This document shows positions 17,963 through 27,115 of a DNA stretch of 27,148 nt, in pieces. Under the pieces are notes generated by a model. It was given only the letters and a program-made list of their open reading frames with translations. It was not told the DNA's origin and did no database searches. Each line of letters begins with the position of its first letter. Positions within the stretch are counted from its first letter, which is position 1. This DNA is from Candidatus Krumholzibacteriota bacterium (lineage in GTDB: Bacteria; Krumholzibacteriota; Krumholzibacteriia; LZORAL124-64-63). The stretch covers positions 1 through 27,148 of the forward strand of contig JBDLKA010000043.1 in assembly GCA_039714075.1 (NCBI GenBank), in the 5' to 3' direction. The translations under genes and the position numbers were made by a program.

Positions 17963-19111
17963 GTGAACGATCCCGCTGGTTTGAGAACCACCCCTTTGAC
18001 AGCCTGGCACAGGGAACACGGAGCCAAAATGGTTCCTTTTGCCGGTTTTGAAATGCCCGTGCAGTACGAGGGGGTTCTGGCCGAACACGCCTGCGTCCGG
18101 GAAAAGGTCGGGCTGTTCGACGTCACCCATATGGGGGAATTCTTCGTCCGGGGTCCGGGCGCCGAAACCTGGATCGACGGCCTGGTCACCAACCGGATTG
18201 CGGGCATCGCCGGCGGCAAAATCGTCTACACGGTCATGTGCCGGCCGGACGGCGGCGTGCTGGACGACATGCTGGTCTACCGCCTGGACGAGACCGAATG
18301 GATGATCGTCTGCAACGCTTCCAACCACGAAAAAATCGGCGGCTGGCTGGAAAAGCATCTGCCGCAGGACGGCGTGGACCTGGAGGACGGCAGCGACCGC
18401 ATGGCCCTGATCGCCGTTCAGGGGCCGGACAGCCGTGAACTTCTGTGCCGGCTCGAGGCCCTGGCCGACAGGTCCGCCGACGTGGAGGCCCTGGGTTTCT
18501 ATTCGTCCTTTACCCATGCCCGGGCGCAGGGACGATGGGTTGTCTCCCGCACCGGTTATACCGGGGAGCACGGCTACGAGTTGTACGTCCCCAACGAGGA
18601 CGCGGTCGCGGTCTGGGAAGAGCTGTTGGCCCGCGGTGCGGATCTGGGAACGGCCCCCATCGGCCTGGCCGCCCGGGACACCCTGCGTTTCGAAGTCTGC
18701 TATTCTCTTTACGGCCACGAGCTCGCAGAGGATGTCACCCCGCTGGAGGCGGGCATCGGCTGGGCGGTAAAACTCAAGAAGAACGATTTTGTCGGGCGTG
18801 ACGCCCTGGTCGCCCAAAAAGGTGACGGGGTTCCCCGCCGGATCATCTGCCTGGAGATCACCGGCCGGGGGATAGCCCGTCAGGGCGCTCGTGTCCTGTC
18901 CGGCGGCGGGGATGTCGGCGTGGTGACCAGCGGGACCTTCAGCCCGACCCTCAAGAAACCCCTGGCCATGGCCCTGGTGGATGCCTCGGTATCCGACGGG
19001 GATCTGGCGGTGGATGTCCGCGGCCGTTCGATCGCGTGCCGCATTGTTTCGTTTCCTTTTCTCTCGGCCCGGACCAAGGGTGATCCGCGGGCCGAACGGA
19101 CACTGTCCTGA
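17963..19111 (+). CDS. gcvT: Glycine cleavage system aminomethyltransferase T
   Basis: GAKMVPFAGFEMPVQY, LFDVTHMG, SRTGYTGEHGYE, GLAARDTLRFE, VTSGTFSPTL. Confidence 0.98.
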   Translation: MNDPAGLRTTPLTAWHREHGAKMVPFAGFEMPVQYEGVLAEHACVREKVGLFDVTHMGEFFVRGPGAETWIDGLVTNRIAGIAGGKIVYTVMCRPDGGVLDDMLVYRLDETEWMIVCNASNHEKIGGWLEKHLPQDGVDLEDGSDRMALIAVQGPDSRELLCRLEALADRSADVEALGFYSSFTHARAQGRWVVSRTGYTGEHGYELYVPNEDAVAVWEELLARGADLGTAPIGLAARDTLRFEVCYSLYGHELAEDVTPLEAGIGWAVKLKKNDFVGRDALVAQKGDGVPRRIICLEITGRGIARQGARVLSGGGDVGVVTSGTFSPTLKKPLAMALVDASVSDGDLAVDVRGRSIACRIVSFPFLSARTKGDPRAERTLS

Positions 19112-19142
19112 GGGGCAGCCAACCTGGCAGGAGGCTCAAAGC

Positions 19143-19520
19143 ATGGTACCGGACGATCGGAAATACACCCAGGAACACGAGTGGATCCTGATCGAGGACG
19201 GCGTCGGCACGATCGGGATTACCGATTTCGCCGCCGGGGAACTGGGCGACGTGGTGTTTGTCGAACTGCCCGAACCCGGCAGCGAGTTCAGCCAGGGCGA
19301 TACCGTGGGCACCATCGAATCGGTCAAGGCCGTCGCCGATCTTTTCGTTCCGGTGTCGGGGGAAATCGTGGCCGTCAATGATGCCGTCGTCGACAGCCCC
19401 GAACTGGTGAACAGCGATCCCCTGGAAGACGGCTGGCTGATGAAGGTCAAACTGAGCGACGCCGCCGAGGCGGACCAACTCCTGGATGCCGCCGCCTACG
19501 GCCAACTGCTGGGAGGCTGA
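19143..19520 (+). CDS. gcvH: Glycine cleavage system H protein
   Basis: AGGAGG RBS; YTQEHEW, GITDFA..LGDVVFVELP, IESVKA (lipoyl-Lys). Confidence 0.98.
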   Translation: MVPDDRKYTQEHEWILIEDGVGTIGITDFAAGELGDVVFVELPEPGSEFSQGDTVGTIESVKAVADLFVPVSGEIVAVNDAVVDSPELVNSDPLEDGWLMKVKLSDAAEADQLLDAAAYGQLLGG

Positions 19521-19527
19521 CCGGAAC

Positions 19528-20904
19528 ATGCCCTACGTTCCGCATTCACCCGAGGACATCCGGACCATGCTTGCGGCCATCGGCAAGCAGGATGTCGGCG
19601 ACCTGTTTTCCCACCTGCCCGCGGCCGTCAGGCTGGACCGCCCGCTGGACCTGGGTCCGGGACTGTCCGAGGAAGAGGTGCGGCGCTACTTCAAGCAGGC
19701 GGCCGCCGCCAATCACGGCCAGGACGAGTTGGTGTCCTTCCTCGGTGGCGGTGTCTACGACTCGATCATCCCCGCCGCCGTGGACGCCATCAGTTCGCGC
19801 AGTGAATTCCTCACCGCCTACACGCCCTACCAGCCCGAGGTTTCCCAGGGCACCCTGCAGGCGATCTACGAGTGGCAGTCGTTCATCTGCCGCCTGACGG
19901 GGCTCGATGTCGCCAACGCCAGCATGTACGACGCCGCGACCGCGCTGAGTGAAGCCCTGTCCGTCGCCCTGGCGGCCAAGAGGAAAAAGACGGTCGTGGT
20001 GCCGGTGACCCTCAACCCCCGTTACCGGCGGGTCGTCAAAACCATGCTGGCCGGCGAAGGCATCACCGTTCTGGATGCTCCGGCCGGTCCTGAAGGCACG
20101 ACCGACCCGGCGGCCCTGGCCGAAATCATGACCCGTGAGGTGGCGGCCTGCGTCGTTCCCAATCCCAATTACCTGGGACTGGTCGAACCCGTCGACGAAC
20201 TGGCGGACGTGATCCGCAATGCCGGGGCCATCGTCGTGGCCGCGGTCAATCCGGTGGCCCTGTCGGTGCTCAAGACCCCGGAGGAATTCGGAGCCGAACT
20301 TGCGGTCGGCGAAGCCCAGCCTTTCGGCATCACGCCGTCGTGGGGCGGACCCCTGCTGGGGTTCCTGGCCTGCGCCGACGCCCACAAACGACGCATCCCC
20401 GGCCGTATCGTCGGCCGCACCACCGACAGCCGCGGCCAGGAGGGTTACGTGCTGACGCTCCAGACGCGGGAGCAACACATCCGCCGGGAAAAGGCCACCA
20501 GCAACATCTGCAGCAACCAGGGCTTGAACGCCTTGCGCGCGACGGTCTACCTGGCCATGCTGGGCGCCGGGGGGCTGGCTGAACTGGGGGAAGCCAACCT
20601 GACCAGGATCAACGCCCTGCGCCGTGTCGCCGTTGCCGTCAAGGGCGTCACCCTGCCCTTCGACGGACCGGTTTTCAACGAGACGGTGATCCGCTTGGAA
20701 CGGCCCGCCGCCGCGTTCCGGGACTTCGCCCGTCAAAGGGGCGTGCTGGCGGGAATACCCCTGGAGGGGGTGGCCGGCTGCGGCGCCGGCGACCTGCTGG
20801 TCAGCGTCACCGAAAAGCGCACCGCCGCCGAAATCGATCATTTCGGCAGCTTGCTGGAAGAATTCCTTTCCGGCGGAACCGCAGGGTCGGAGGTGGCATC
20901 ATGA
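19528..20904 (+). CDS. gcvPA: Glycine dehydrogenase (decarboxylating) subunit 1
   Basis: GGGAGG RBS, ATG 19528 (MPYVPH); EFLTAYTPYQPEVSQG, NASMYD, LQTREQHIRREKATSNIC. Confidence 0.98.
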   Translation: MPYVPHSPEDIRTMLAAIGKQDVGDLFSHLPAAVRLDRPLDLGPGLSEEEVRRYFKQAAAANHGQDELVSFLGGGVYDSIIPAAVDAISSRSEFLTAYTPYQPEVSQGTLQAIYEWQSFICRLTGLDVANASMYDAATALSEALSVALAAKRKKTVVVPVTLNPRYRRVVKTMLAGEGITVLDAPAGPEGTTDPAALAEIMTREVAACVVPNPNYLGLVEPVDELADVIRNAGAIVVAAVNPVALSVLKTPEEFGAELAVGEAQPFGITPSWGGPLLGFLACADAHKRRIPGRIVGRTTDSRGQEGYVLTLQTREQHIRREKATSNICSNQGLNALRATVYLAMLGAGGLAELGEANLTRINALRRVAVAVKGVTLPFDGPVFNETVIRLERPAAAFRDFARQRGVLAGIPLEGVAGCGAGDLLVSVTEKRTAAEIDHFGSLLEEFLSGGTAGSEVAS

Positions 20905-22421
20905 GCGGGGACATCAACAGCCAACTGAAGCCTGGCCGCTGGAACGCCGGTCTGCCGGGATCCCTTTTCGACAAGGGCGCCGGCGGCCGCCGCGGGCTGA
21001 CTTTTCCCCGGTGGGACGGCGATCCTGTCGGTGATGACCTCGAAAAGTCCCTTCCTGAAAAATCGCGCCGGGCCCGGCCCGCCGATTTTCCCTCCCTGAG
21101 CGAACCCGAGGTCATGCGGCATTTCACCGCCCTTTCCAATCTCAACCATCATATCGAACGCGGCATGTACCCCCTGGGCAGCTGCACCATGAAATACAAT
21201 CCGCGGGTCAACGAACAGGTGGTGGCCCTGCCCGGTCTGGCGGACCTGCATCCCGAACAGGATGCCGGGGATATCCAGGGACTGCTGGGCGCGCTCAAGC
21301 ATCTCGAGAACGCCTTGGGCGAGATCACCGGTTTTTCCGCCTGCAGCCTGCAGCCCGCCGCGGGCGCCCACGGGGAATACCTGGGCATGCTCGTCATCCG
21401 GGCCCTGCACCTGGCCAACGGCGACACCGGGCGGGACGAGATCCTCATTCCCGATTCCGCCCACGGCACCAACCCCGCCTCGGTGGTGATCGCGGGCCTG
21501 AAACCCCGCACCATCGGATCGCGCGGGGACGGCCGCATCGATCTGGATGCGCTGCGCGAAACCGTATCGGACCGCACCGCGGGCATCATGATCACCAACC
21601 CCAACACCCTGGGGCTGTTCGAAAACGACATCCTGGAAATAGCCGCCATCATCCACGAGGCCGGAGGGCGTCTCTACATGGACGGCGCCAACATGAACGC
21701 CATCATGGGCAAGACCCGGCCCGGCGACATGGGTTTCGACGTGGTGCACCTGAACCTGCACAAGACCTTCAGCACGCCCCACGGCGGGGGCGGACCGGGA
21801 GCCGGTCCCATCTGTGTGACCGAAGAACTGGCGGCCTTTTTGCCGGGGCCCAGGATCACCGCTTCCGCGGAAGGCGTCTTCAGTCTGGAGGGCGCGCCCG
21901 GCGCCGACGGGCCGGCCATCCATTCGTACTTCGGCAACGTCGGGGTCTGCCTGCGCGCCCTGGCCTACATCCTGCGCAACGGGGGCGAAGGCCTGACCCG
22001 GGCCACCGAATGCGCCGTCCTGAATGCCCACTACCTCCTGGCCGGGCTGAAGGACATCCTGCCGGTGGAAAATTCCGCGGGCTGCATGCATGAGTTCGTG
22101 GCCAGCGGCACCGCGTGGAAGGATAAGTTCGGGGTCCGCACCCTGGACATCGCCAAGCGCATGCTCGACTACGGCATTCACGCGCCGACCATCTATTTCC
22201 CTCTCATCGTCGAGGAAGCCCTGATGGTCGAACCCACCGAAACCGAGTCCCGGGAAAGCCTGGACCTGTTCGTGGCCGTCATGCGGGCGATCCATGCGGA
22301 AGCCGCGACAGATCCGTCCCTGCTCACCTCGGCGCCCCATTCCACGCCCGTCGGGAGGATGGACGAGGCCCGGGCCGCCCGCCAGCCGGACCTGAGCTGG
22401 CTGGGCCCCTGCAACTGTTGA
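20901..22421 (+). CDS. gcvPB: Glycine dehydrogenase (decarboxylating) subunit 2
   Basis: ATGA overlap with gcvPA; YPLGSCTMKYNP, SAHGTNPAS, HLNLHKTFSTPHGGGGPG (PLP lysine), EPTETES. Confidence 0.98.
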   Translation: MSGDINSQLKPGRWNAGLPGSLFDKGAGGRRGLTFPRWDGDPVGDDLEKSLPEKSRRARPADFPSLSEPEVMRHFTALSNLNHHIERGMYPLGSCTMKYNPRVNEQVVALPGLADLHPEQDAGDIQGLLGALKHLENALGEITGFSACSLQPAAGAHGEYLGMLVIRALHLANGDTGRDEILIPDSAHGTNPASVVIAGLKPRTIGSRGDGRIDLDALRETVSDRTAGIMITNPNTLGLFENDILEIAAIIHEAGGRLYMDGANMNAIMGKTRPGDMGFDVVHLNLHKTFSTPHGGGGPGAGPICVTEELAAFLPGPRITASAEGVFSLEGAPGADGPAIHSYFGNVGVCLRALAYILRNGGEGLTRATECAVLNAHYLLAGLKDILPVENSAGCMHEFVASGTAWKDKFGVRTLDIAKRMLDYGIHAPTIYFPLIVEEALMVEPTETESRESLDLFVAVMRAIHAEAATDPSLLTSAPHSTPVGRMDEARAARQPDLSWLGPCNC

Positions 22422-23152
22422 CCCGCCCCGTGGCCTGCCTGCGCGTTTTCCAGGACGGCGCCGCCTCCGGGGCGAAGAACATGGACCGGGACGCCTCCCT
22501 GCTGGCGGGGCACCGGCCGGGCGACGATCCCGTTCTGCGCCTGTACCGCTGGCGGCCCGCGGCGGTCACCATCGGTTACAACCAGGATTTTTCCGCTTTC
22601 GATGCCGCCGCCATCAAGGCCGCGGGGTACGATCTGGTCCGGCGCCCCACCGGCGGGCGGGCCATCCTGCACGCGGACGAACTGACCTACGCGGTGATCG
22701 GTTCCTCGCCGGGCCCGGTTTTCGGGGCCACGCTTCACGATACCTACATGAAGATCAACCAGGCCCTGCTGGCCTTCCTGGCCGACCTGGGAATCGCCGC
22801 GGACATCTCCTCGGGGGAATCGCGGGATCAGGCCCGCGGTCTGGTGTGTTTCCAGAGCGCGGGCCGCCACGAGGTCAGTGTGGGGGGGCGCAAGATCATC
22901 GGCTCCGCCCAGCGCCGCACCGGCGGGGTCTTCCTGCAGCACGGCTCCATCCTGGCGGGCCCGCGGCACCTGGAACTGCCCTCTTTTCTCGGGTCGGACG
23001 GGGAGGGGGAAGCCGCCAAACTGGCCGCGGCGACCACCGATCTGGGCCGACTTCTGGGCGTCCCGCAGACCGGCTCCGACCTGGATGATCTGGCCGTGCG
23101 CCTGGCGGCCGCCTTCTCCCGCGTTCTCGAACTGGAAATCCGTCCCGCCTAG
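22418..23152 (+). CDS. Lipoate-protein ligase family protein (LipM-like octanoyltransferase / LplA catalytic domain)
   Basis: NMDRD, LRLYRW, VRRPTGGRAILH, CF, RKIIGSAQRR, LQHGSI; overlaps the gcvPB stop. Start codon uncertain (TTG 22418 or a nearby GTG). Confidence 0.9.
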   Translation: MTRPVACLRVFQDGAASGAKNMDRDASLLAGHRPGDDPVLRLYRWRPAAVTIGYNQDFSAFDAAAIKAAGYDLVRRPTGGRAILHADELTYAVIGSSPGPVFGATLHDTYMKINQALLAFLADLGIAADISSGESRDQARGLVCFQSAGRHEVSVGGRKIIGSAQRRTGGVFLQHGSILAGPRHLELPSFLGSDGEGEAAKLAAATTDLGRLLGVPQTGSDLDDLAVRLAAAFSRVLELEIRPA

Positions 23153-23195
23153 CCCGCCGCCTCCCCGGTTGCATTTGTGTAATTCGTGGTCTTGC

Positions 23196-23225
23196 TTGAC
23201 CGTTCCCGCTTCGGCTCCCTAATAT
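23196..23225 (+). promoter_or_regulatory. Putative sigma70 promoter for the ABC operon
   Basis: TTGACC-18 nt-TAATAT, 35 nt upstream of ATG 23261. Confidence 0.6.
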
Positions 23226-23260
23226 CAGCCCCGTCGGTAACCTGATCCTTGAGGGGTGAC

Positions 23261-24241
23261 ATGATTTCCTGGTTGGCACGCAGGGTCGCTGTTTCGATTC
23301 TGCTGGTTTTTGTCCTGATATCCGCCGTGTTCTTCATCGTGCGGCTGGCCCCGGGCGACCCTCTGGACCAGGTCGTGGAACAGGAATTCGGCACCGACAG
23401 CATGGATCAGATGCGGCGGCAGCTGGGTCTGGATGAATCCCTTTCCCGTCAATATGTCAAATGGCTGGTTGCCTCGTTCCGAGGCGATTTCGGCACCAGT
23501 CTCAGGCAGCAGCGTTCCGTCGGCAGCATCATCGGCGAGGCCCTGCCGGCCACGCTTCTGCTGACGGTGACCGCCTACCTTCTGCATCTGTTGCTGGCAT
23601 TCGGCGCCGCCCTGGTATCGGCGGACCGGTCCCGGCGAACCCTGGACCAGGGGATTCAGGGTGTGGGGCTGACCCTGTATTCCCTGCCGGCCTTCTGGCT
23701 GGGATTGATGCTGATCATGCTCCTGAGCCGAAAACTGGGCTGGTTCCCCGCCGGGGGAATGCACGCCCCGGATGCCCGGTTCCTCGACCGGGGGGCCTGG
23801 CTGGTGGATCTTCTGCATCACCTGGCGCTGCCGGTGGCCACCCTGGCCCTGGGATCGTTCATGGGGACGGCGCGCCACCTGCGCACATCACTCGCCGAAG
23901 TGCTCGACCAGGATTATATCCTGTCGGCCCGGGCGCGCGGACTGTCCGCACGCAGGGTCCTTTTCAATCACGCCCTGCGCAACGCGCTGCTGCCGGTGAT
24001 CACCCTGGTGGGGCTGAGCCTGCCTTTCCTGCTGGGCGGGGCGGTGGTCGTGGAAGTCGTCTTCGGCTGGCCGGGCATGGGGCGCGTCGCCATCGAGGCG
24101 ATCTGGGCCCGGGACTATCCGGTCATCATGGGCACGACCCTGATATCCGCCTTGACGGTGGTGGCGGGGTCCCTGCTGGCGGACATCCTCTACCGTTGGG
24201 CCGATCCCCGGGTCCGCCTCTCGTCGCAGGAGGCAAGGTGA
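23261..24241 (+). CDS. Dipeptide/oligopeptide/nickel ABC permease (DppB/OppB-like)
   Basis: LAPGDP, GDFGTS, SLPAFWLG, EAA loop DYILSARARGL, HALRNA, VEVVFGWPGMG, RDYPV, DPRVR. Confidence 0.95.
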   Translation: MISWLARRVAVSILLVFVLISAVFFIVRLAPGDPLDQVVEQEFGTDSMDQMRRQLGLDESLSRQYVKWLVASFRGDFGTSLRQQRSVGSIIGEALPATLLLTVTAYLLHLLLAFGAALVSADRSRRTLDQGIQGVGLTLYSLPAFWLGLMLIMLLSRKLGWFPAGGMHAPDARFLDRGAWLVDLLHHLALPVATLALGSFMGTARHLRTSLAEVLDQDYILSARARGLSARRVLFNHALRNALLPVITLVGLSLPFLLGGAVVVEVVFGWPGMGRVAIEAIWARDYPVIMGTTLISALTVVAGSLLADILYRWADPRVRLSSQEAR

Positions 24242-25116
24242 CCCCCACCCGCCCAAACGATCACTTCGCCCGGGCCTTGAAAGGGCGCTGGTGGCTTGAC
24301 GCCCGGTTGCGTCCGGGTCTGGCCGTCACCCTGGGCCTGGGATTGGTGGCGATCATGGCGCCTCTGCTCGCCCCAGGTGATCCCGCCGCCCTGGGCGCCG
24401 CCGCGGACCGGCTGGCAGCCCCTTCGTCCGGTCATCTTCTGGGTACGGACCTGCTGGGTCGCGATGTCCTGACCCGGCTGGTCCATGGCAGCCGGGTTTC
24501 TCTTCTGGTCGGTTGGGTCAGCGTGCTGGTCGCCATCCTGCTGGGCACGGGGGTGGGGCTTGCCGCGGGCCTGGGGCCCCGCTGGCTGGACCGCCTGCTG
24601 ATGAACGTCACCGATGCCTTCCTGGCGTTTCCCCGCATTTTCCTGATTCTGCTGCTGGTCTCGTTGACGACCCCGTCCCTGTTGCTGGTCATGACGGTTC
24701 TGGGTCTGACCGGCTGGATGAGCGTGGCCCGCCTGGTGCGCGCCGAAGCCCTCAGTCTCAGGGAGCGGGATTTCGTGGCGGCGGCCCGCGGCCTAGGCCT
24801 GAGCGCCCCCAGGGTGGCTTTTATCCATGTCCTGCCGAATCTCCTGCCGACCGTCATCGTTGCGGCGACCCTGCGTGTCGGCGGGGCCATCCTGGCCGAA
24901 TCCTTCCTCAGTTTTCTGGGACTGGGCGCCCAGGAGCCGATGGTCAGTTGGGGCGCCATGATCCAGCAGGGCCGTGACTACCTGCTGGAGGGGTGGTGGC
25001 TGACCACCTTTCCGGGACTGGCCATCGCCCTGACGGTTCTGGGCTACAACCTGCTGGGGGAAGGCCTGCGGGAGAAGCTGGATCCCCGGAGCAGCCGGGA
25101 GGGTCGGGATGGGTGA
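24238..25116 (+). CDS. Dipeptide/oligopeptide/nickel ABC permease (DppC/OppC-like)
   Basis: GTGA overlap with the upstream stop; HLLGTDLLGRD, GSRVSL, DFVAAARGLG, HVLPN, ESFLSFLGLG, SWG, GEGLREKLDPR. Confidence 0.95.
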   Translation: MTPTRPNDHFARALKGRWWLDARLRPGLAVTLGLGLVAIMAPLLAPGDPAALGAAADRLAAPSSGHLLGTDLLGRDVLTRLVHGSRVSLLVGWVSVLVAILLGTGVGLAAGLGPRWLDRLLMNVTDAFLAFPRIFLILLLVSLTTPSLLLVMTVLGLTGWMSVARLVRAEALSLRERDFVAAARGLGLSAPRVAFIHVLPNLLPTVIVAATLRVGGAILAESFLSFLGLGAQEPMVSWGAMIQQGRDYLLEGWWLTTFPGLAIALTVLGYNLLGEGLREKLDPRSSREGRDG

Positions 25117-26896
25117 TCTTCTCCGTCTGGAAGACCTGCGGGTTTCCTTCCCGGGCCCTGGATCCGGGAAAGCCCGGGAAATCCTGTCCGGGGTGGACCT
25201 GGTGATCCGGCCGGGGGAGTCGATGGCCCTGGTGGGGCCTTCGGGTTGCGGGAAAAGTCTGCTGGCCAGGGCATTGCTGGGGTTGCTGCCCCCCGGGGCG
25301 TCCTGGTCCGGGGATATCCGGTGGCAGGGCGAAAAATTGATCGATCCGGCCGGCCGGCTCTGGGAGCGGGTCAGGGGCCGGGGGATGGCCCTGGTTCTCC
25401 AGGAACCCCAGACCAGTCTCAATCCCGTGTTGACGGTGGGGGACCAGATCGCCGAGACCGTGCGTGCCCATTTCGGGGTCGCCAAACGCCAGGCCCGCCG
25501 CCGGGCCGTATCCCTGCTGGCGGAAATGATGGTTCCGGAGCCCGAGGTCAGGGCCGGTTATTATCCCCACCAGTTGAGCGGCGGGATGCGACAACGCGCC
25601 CTGCTGGCGGCGGCCATGGCCTGCGACCCCGACCTGCTGATCGCCGATGAACCCACCACCGCGCTGGACGTCACGATCCAAAAGGAAATCCTCGGCCTGA
25701 TCACCCGGATCCGCCGCGAACGGGGCATGGCGATGCTCTTCATCTCCCACGATGCGGACCTGGTGCCGCTGGTGGCCACCCGTCAGGCCACGATGTCGGC
25801 CGGGCGGATCACCATGGTGGAGGACACCCGGGGGACGTCCCCATCCGCTGTTCCGGAAACCGGGGGACAGGACGTCGCGATCCCTTCCGCACCGGGGGCG
25901 GAGGCGACCGGCCCGGTGCTGACGGCCCGGGATCTGGTCGCGGGCTATGGACCACCGGCGACCTACCGCAAAGACCCGGAAGGGAAAGGCCGGCGCGGCC
26001 CGCGGGCACCCGTCGCCGGCGTGGATGTCGATCTGTATCCCGGCCGGGCCCTGGGGCTGGCCGGGGAAACGGGTTGCGGAAAAACCACCCTTGCCCGCGC
26101 CCTGTCCCGCCATCTGGCGCCCGCCGCCGGAACCCTCGAACTGGAGGGTGAGGATTTCAGAACCGCTGCCGGACGCCGCTTGCGGTTGATGCGCCGGCGT
26201 GTCCAGTTGCTGTTCCAGGACCCGGCGGGATCGCTCAACCCCCGGCAGACCATCGGGCACACCCTGGCCGAGGCGTCGGACCATCGTGATCGGATCAGGC
26301 CCGCGGAACTTCTGCAGGAGGTGGGCCTGTCCGCGGGCATGGTCCGTCGATTCCCCCACGAACTTTCCGGAGGACAGCGCCAGCGGGTGGCCCTGGCCAG
26401 ATGTCTGGCAGCCGATCCCGAAGTTCTGATCGCCGACGAACCCACCAGCGCCCTGGACAACCGCACCAGGGACAGGGTTCTTGCCCTGTTGCGACGGACC
26501 ATGGAACGGCGAGGTCTGGCGCTGATGGTCATCTCCCATGACTTCCGGGTTCTGGAGGCGGTTTGTGAAAGGGTTGCGGTCATGTACGGGGGCGTTGTCG
26601 TGGAGTCGTATCCCGTCGGCGAACGAACGGTTCAGTGCCATCCCTACACCCTGGAAATGATGGCGGCCTCGCCCGCGGCCCTGAAGAGCAATCCCGAGTT
26701 CTGGTCGGAAGCGGGTAACCGGACAGGTGGAATGATTCGACTTCCCGAAGGCGGTTGTCCCCGGGTGGGTCGGTGTCCGTTACAGAAATCACATTGCGCC
26801 ATGGAGTTGCCACCACTGGTGGAAGTGGGGGAGGGCCATTTTCTGCGTTGTCCGGAAGCATCGAAAGGGGAAGTCTCACAATTTATTGACACGTAA
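25109..26896 (+). CDS. Fused double-NBD ABC ATP-binding protein (DppD/DppF-like)
   Basis: Two Walker A (GPSGCGKS, GETGCGKT), two signatures (LSGGMRQR, LSGGQRQR), two ADEPT/ISHD, C-terminal HPYT and GC..RC..C..C. Confidence 0.95.
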   Translation: MGDLLRLEDLRVSFPGPGSGKAREILSGVDLVIRPGESMALVGPSGCGKSLLARALLGLLPPGASWSGDIRWQGEKLIDPAGRLWERVRGRGMALVLQEPQTSLNPVLTVGDQIAETVRAHFGVAKRQARRRAVSLLAEMMVPEPEVRAGYYPHQLSGGMRQRALLAAAMACDPDLLIADEPTTALDVTIQKEILGLITRIRRERGMAMLFISHDADLVPLVATRQATMSAGRITMVEDTRGTSPSAVPETGGQDVAIPSAPGAEATGPVLTARDLVAGYGPPATYRKDPEGKGRRGPRAPVAGVDVDLYPGRALGLAGETGCGKTTLARALSRHLAPAAGTLELEGEDFRTAAGRRLRLMRRRVQLLFQDPAGSLNPRQTIGHTLAEASDHRDRIRPAELLQEVGLSAGMVRRFPHELSGGQRQRVALARCLAADPEVLIADEPTSALDNRTRDRVLALLRRTMERRGLALMVISHDFRVLEAVCERVAVMYGGVVVESYPVGERTVQCHPYTLEMMAASPAALKSNPEFWSEAGNRTGGMIRLPEGGCPRVGRCPLQKSHCAMELPPLVEVGEGHFLRCPEASKGEVSQFIDT

Positions 26897-26914
26897 TAGG
26901 CCAATCTCTATATT
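26886..26914 (+). promoter_or_regulatory. Near-consensus sigma70 promoter overlapping the ATPase stop
   Basis: TTGACA-17 nt-TATATT. Confidence 0.75.
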
Positions 26915-26981
26915 CAAACACCAGTTGCGGCACGGGTCACCTTTCCCAGAGAATCAGGTCCCCAAAGTGCCTTCCAGGACC

Positions 26982-26998
26982 GGCGGAAACGCCTTTTT
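26982..26998 (+). terminator. Short terminator/attenuator-like hairpin
   Basis: GGCG-GAAA-CGCC-TTTTT (4-bp GC stem, GNRA loop, T5). Confidence 0.45.
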
Positions 26999-27115
26999 CA
27001 GCAGGCACCCCACACTGCCCGGCTAGGTTCAGTGCATAAATTTAATGATCAATTCAAAGGTTCCCTGCGGAACCCCGATTCAGCCGGATTAGTTCCCTTG
27101 GAAAGGAGCGTTGGT

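Noticed and set aside
22419..22480. Selenocysteine read-through of the gcvPB TGA after CNC
   Set aside because: The protein is already full length, the TGA overlaps the next gene's start, and no convincing SECIS follows.
23461..24237. 551-aa extended second permease in the ORF track
   Set aside because: It overlaps the first permease; the GTGA-coupled start at 24238 gives a normal-length protein.
26928..26943. Sigma54 promoter (CGGCACG)
   Set aside because: No TTGC/GC at the -12 position.
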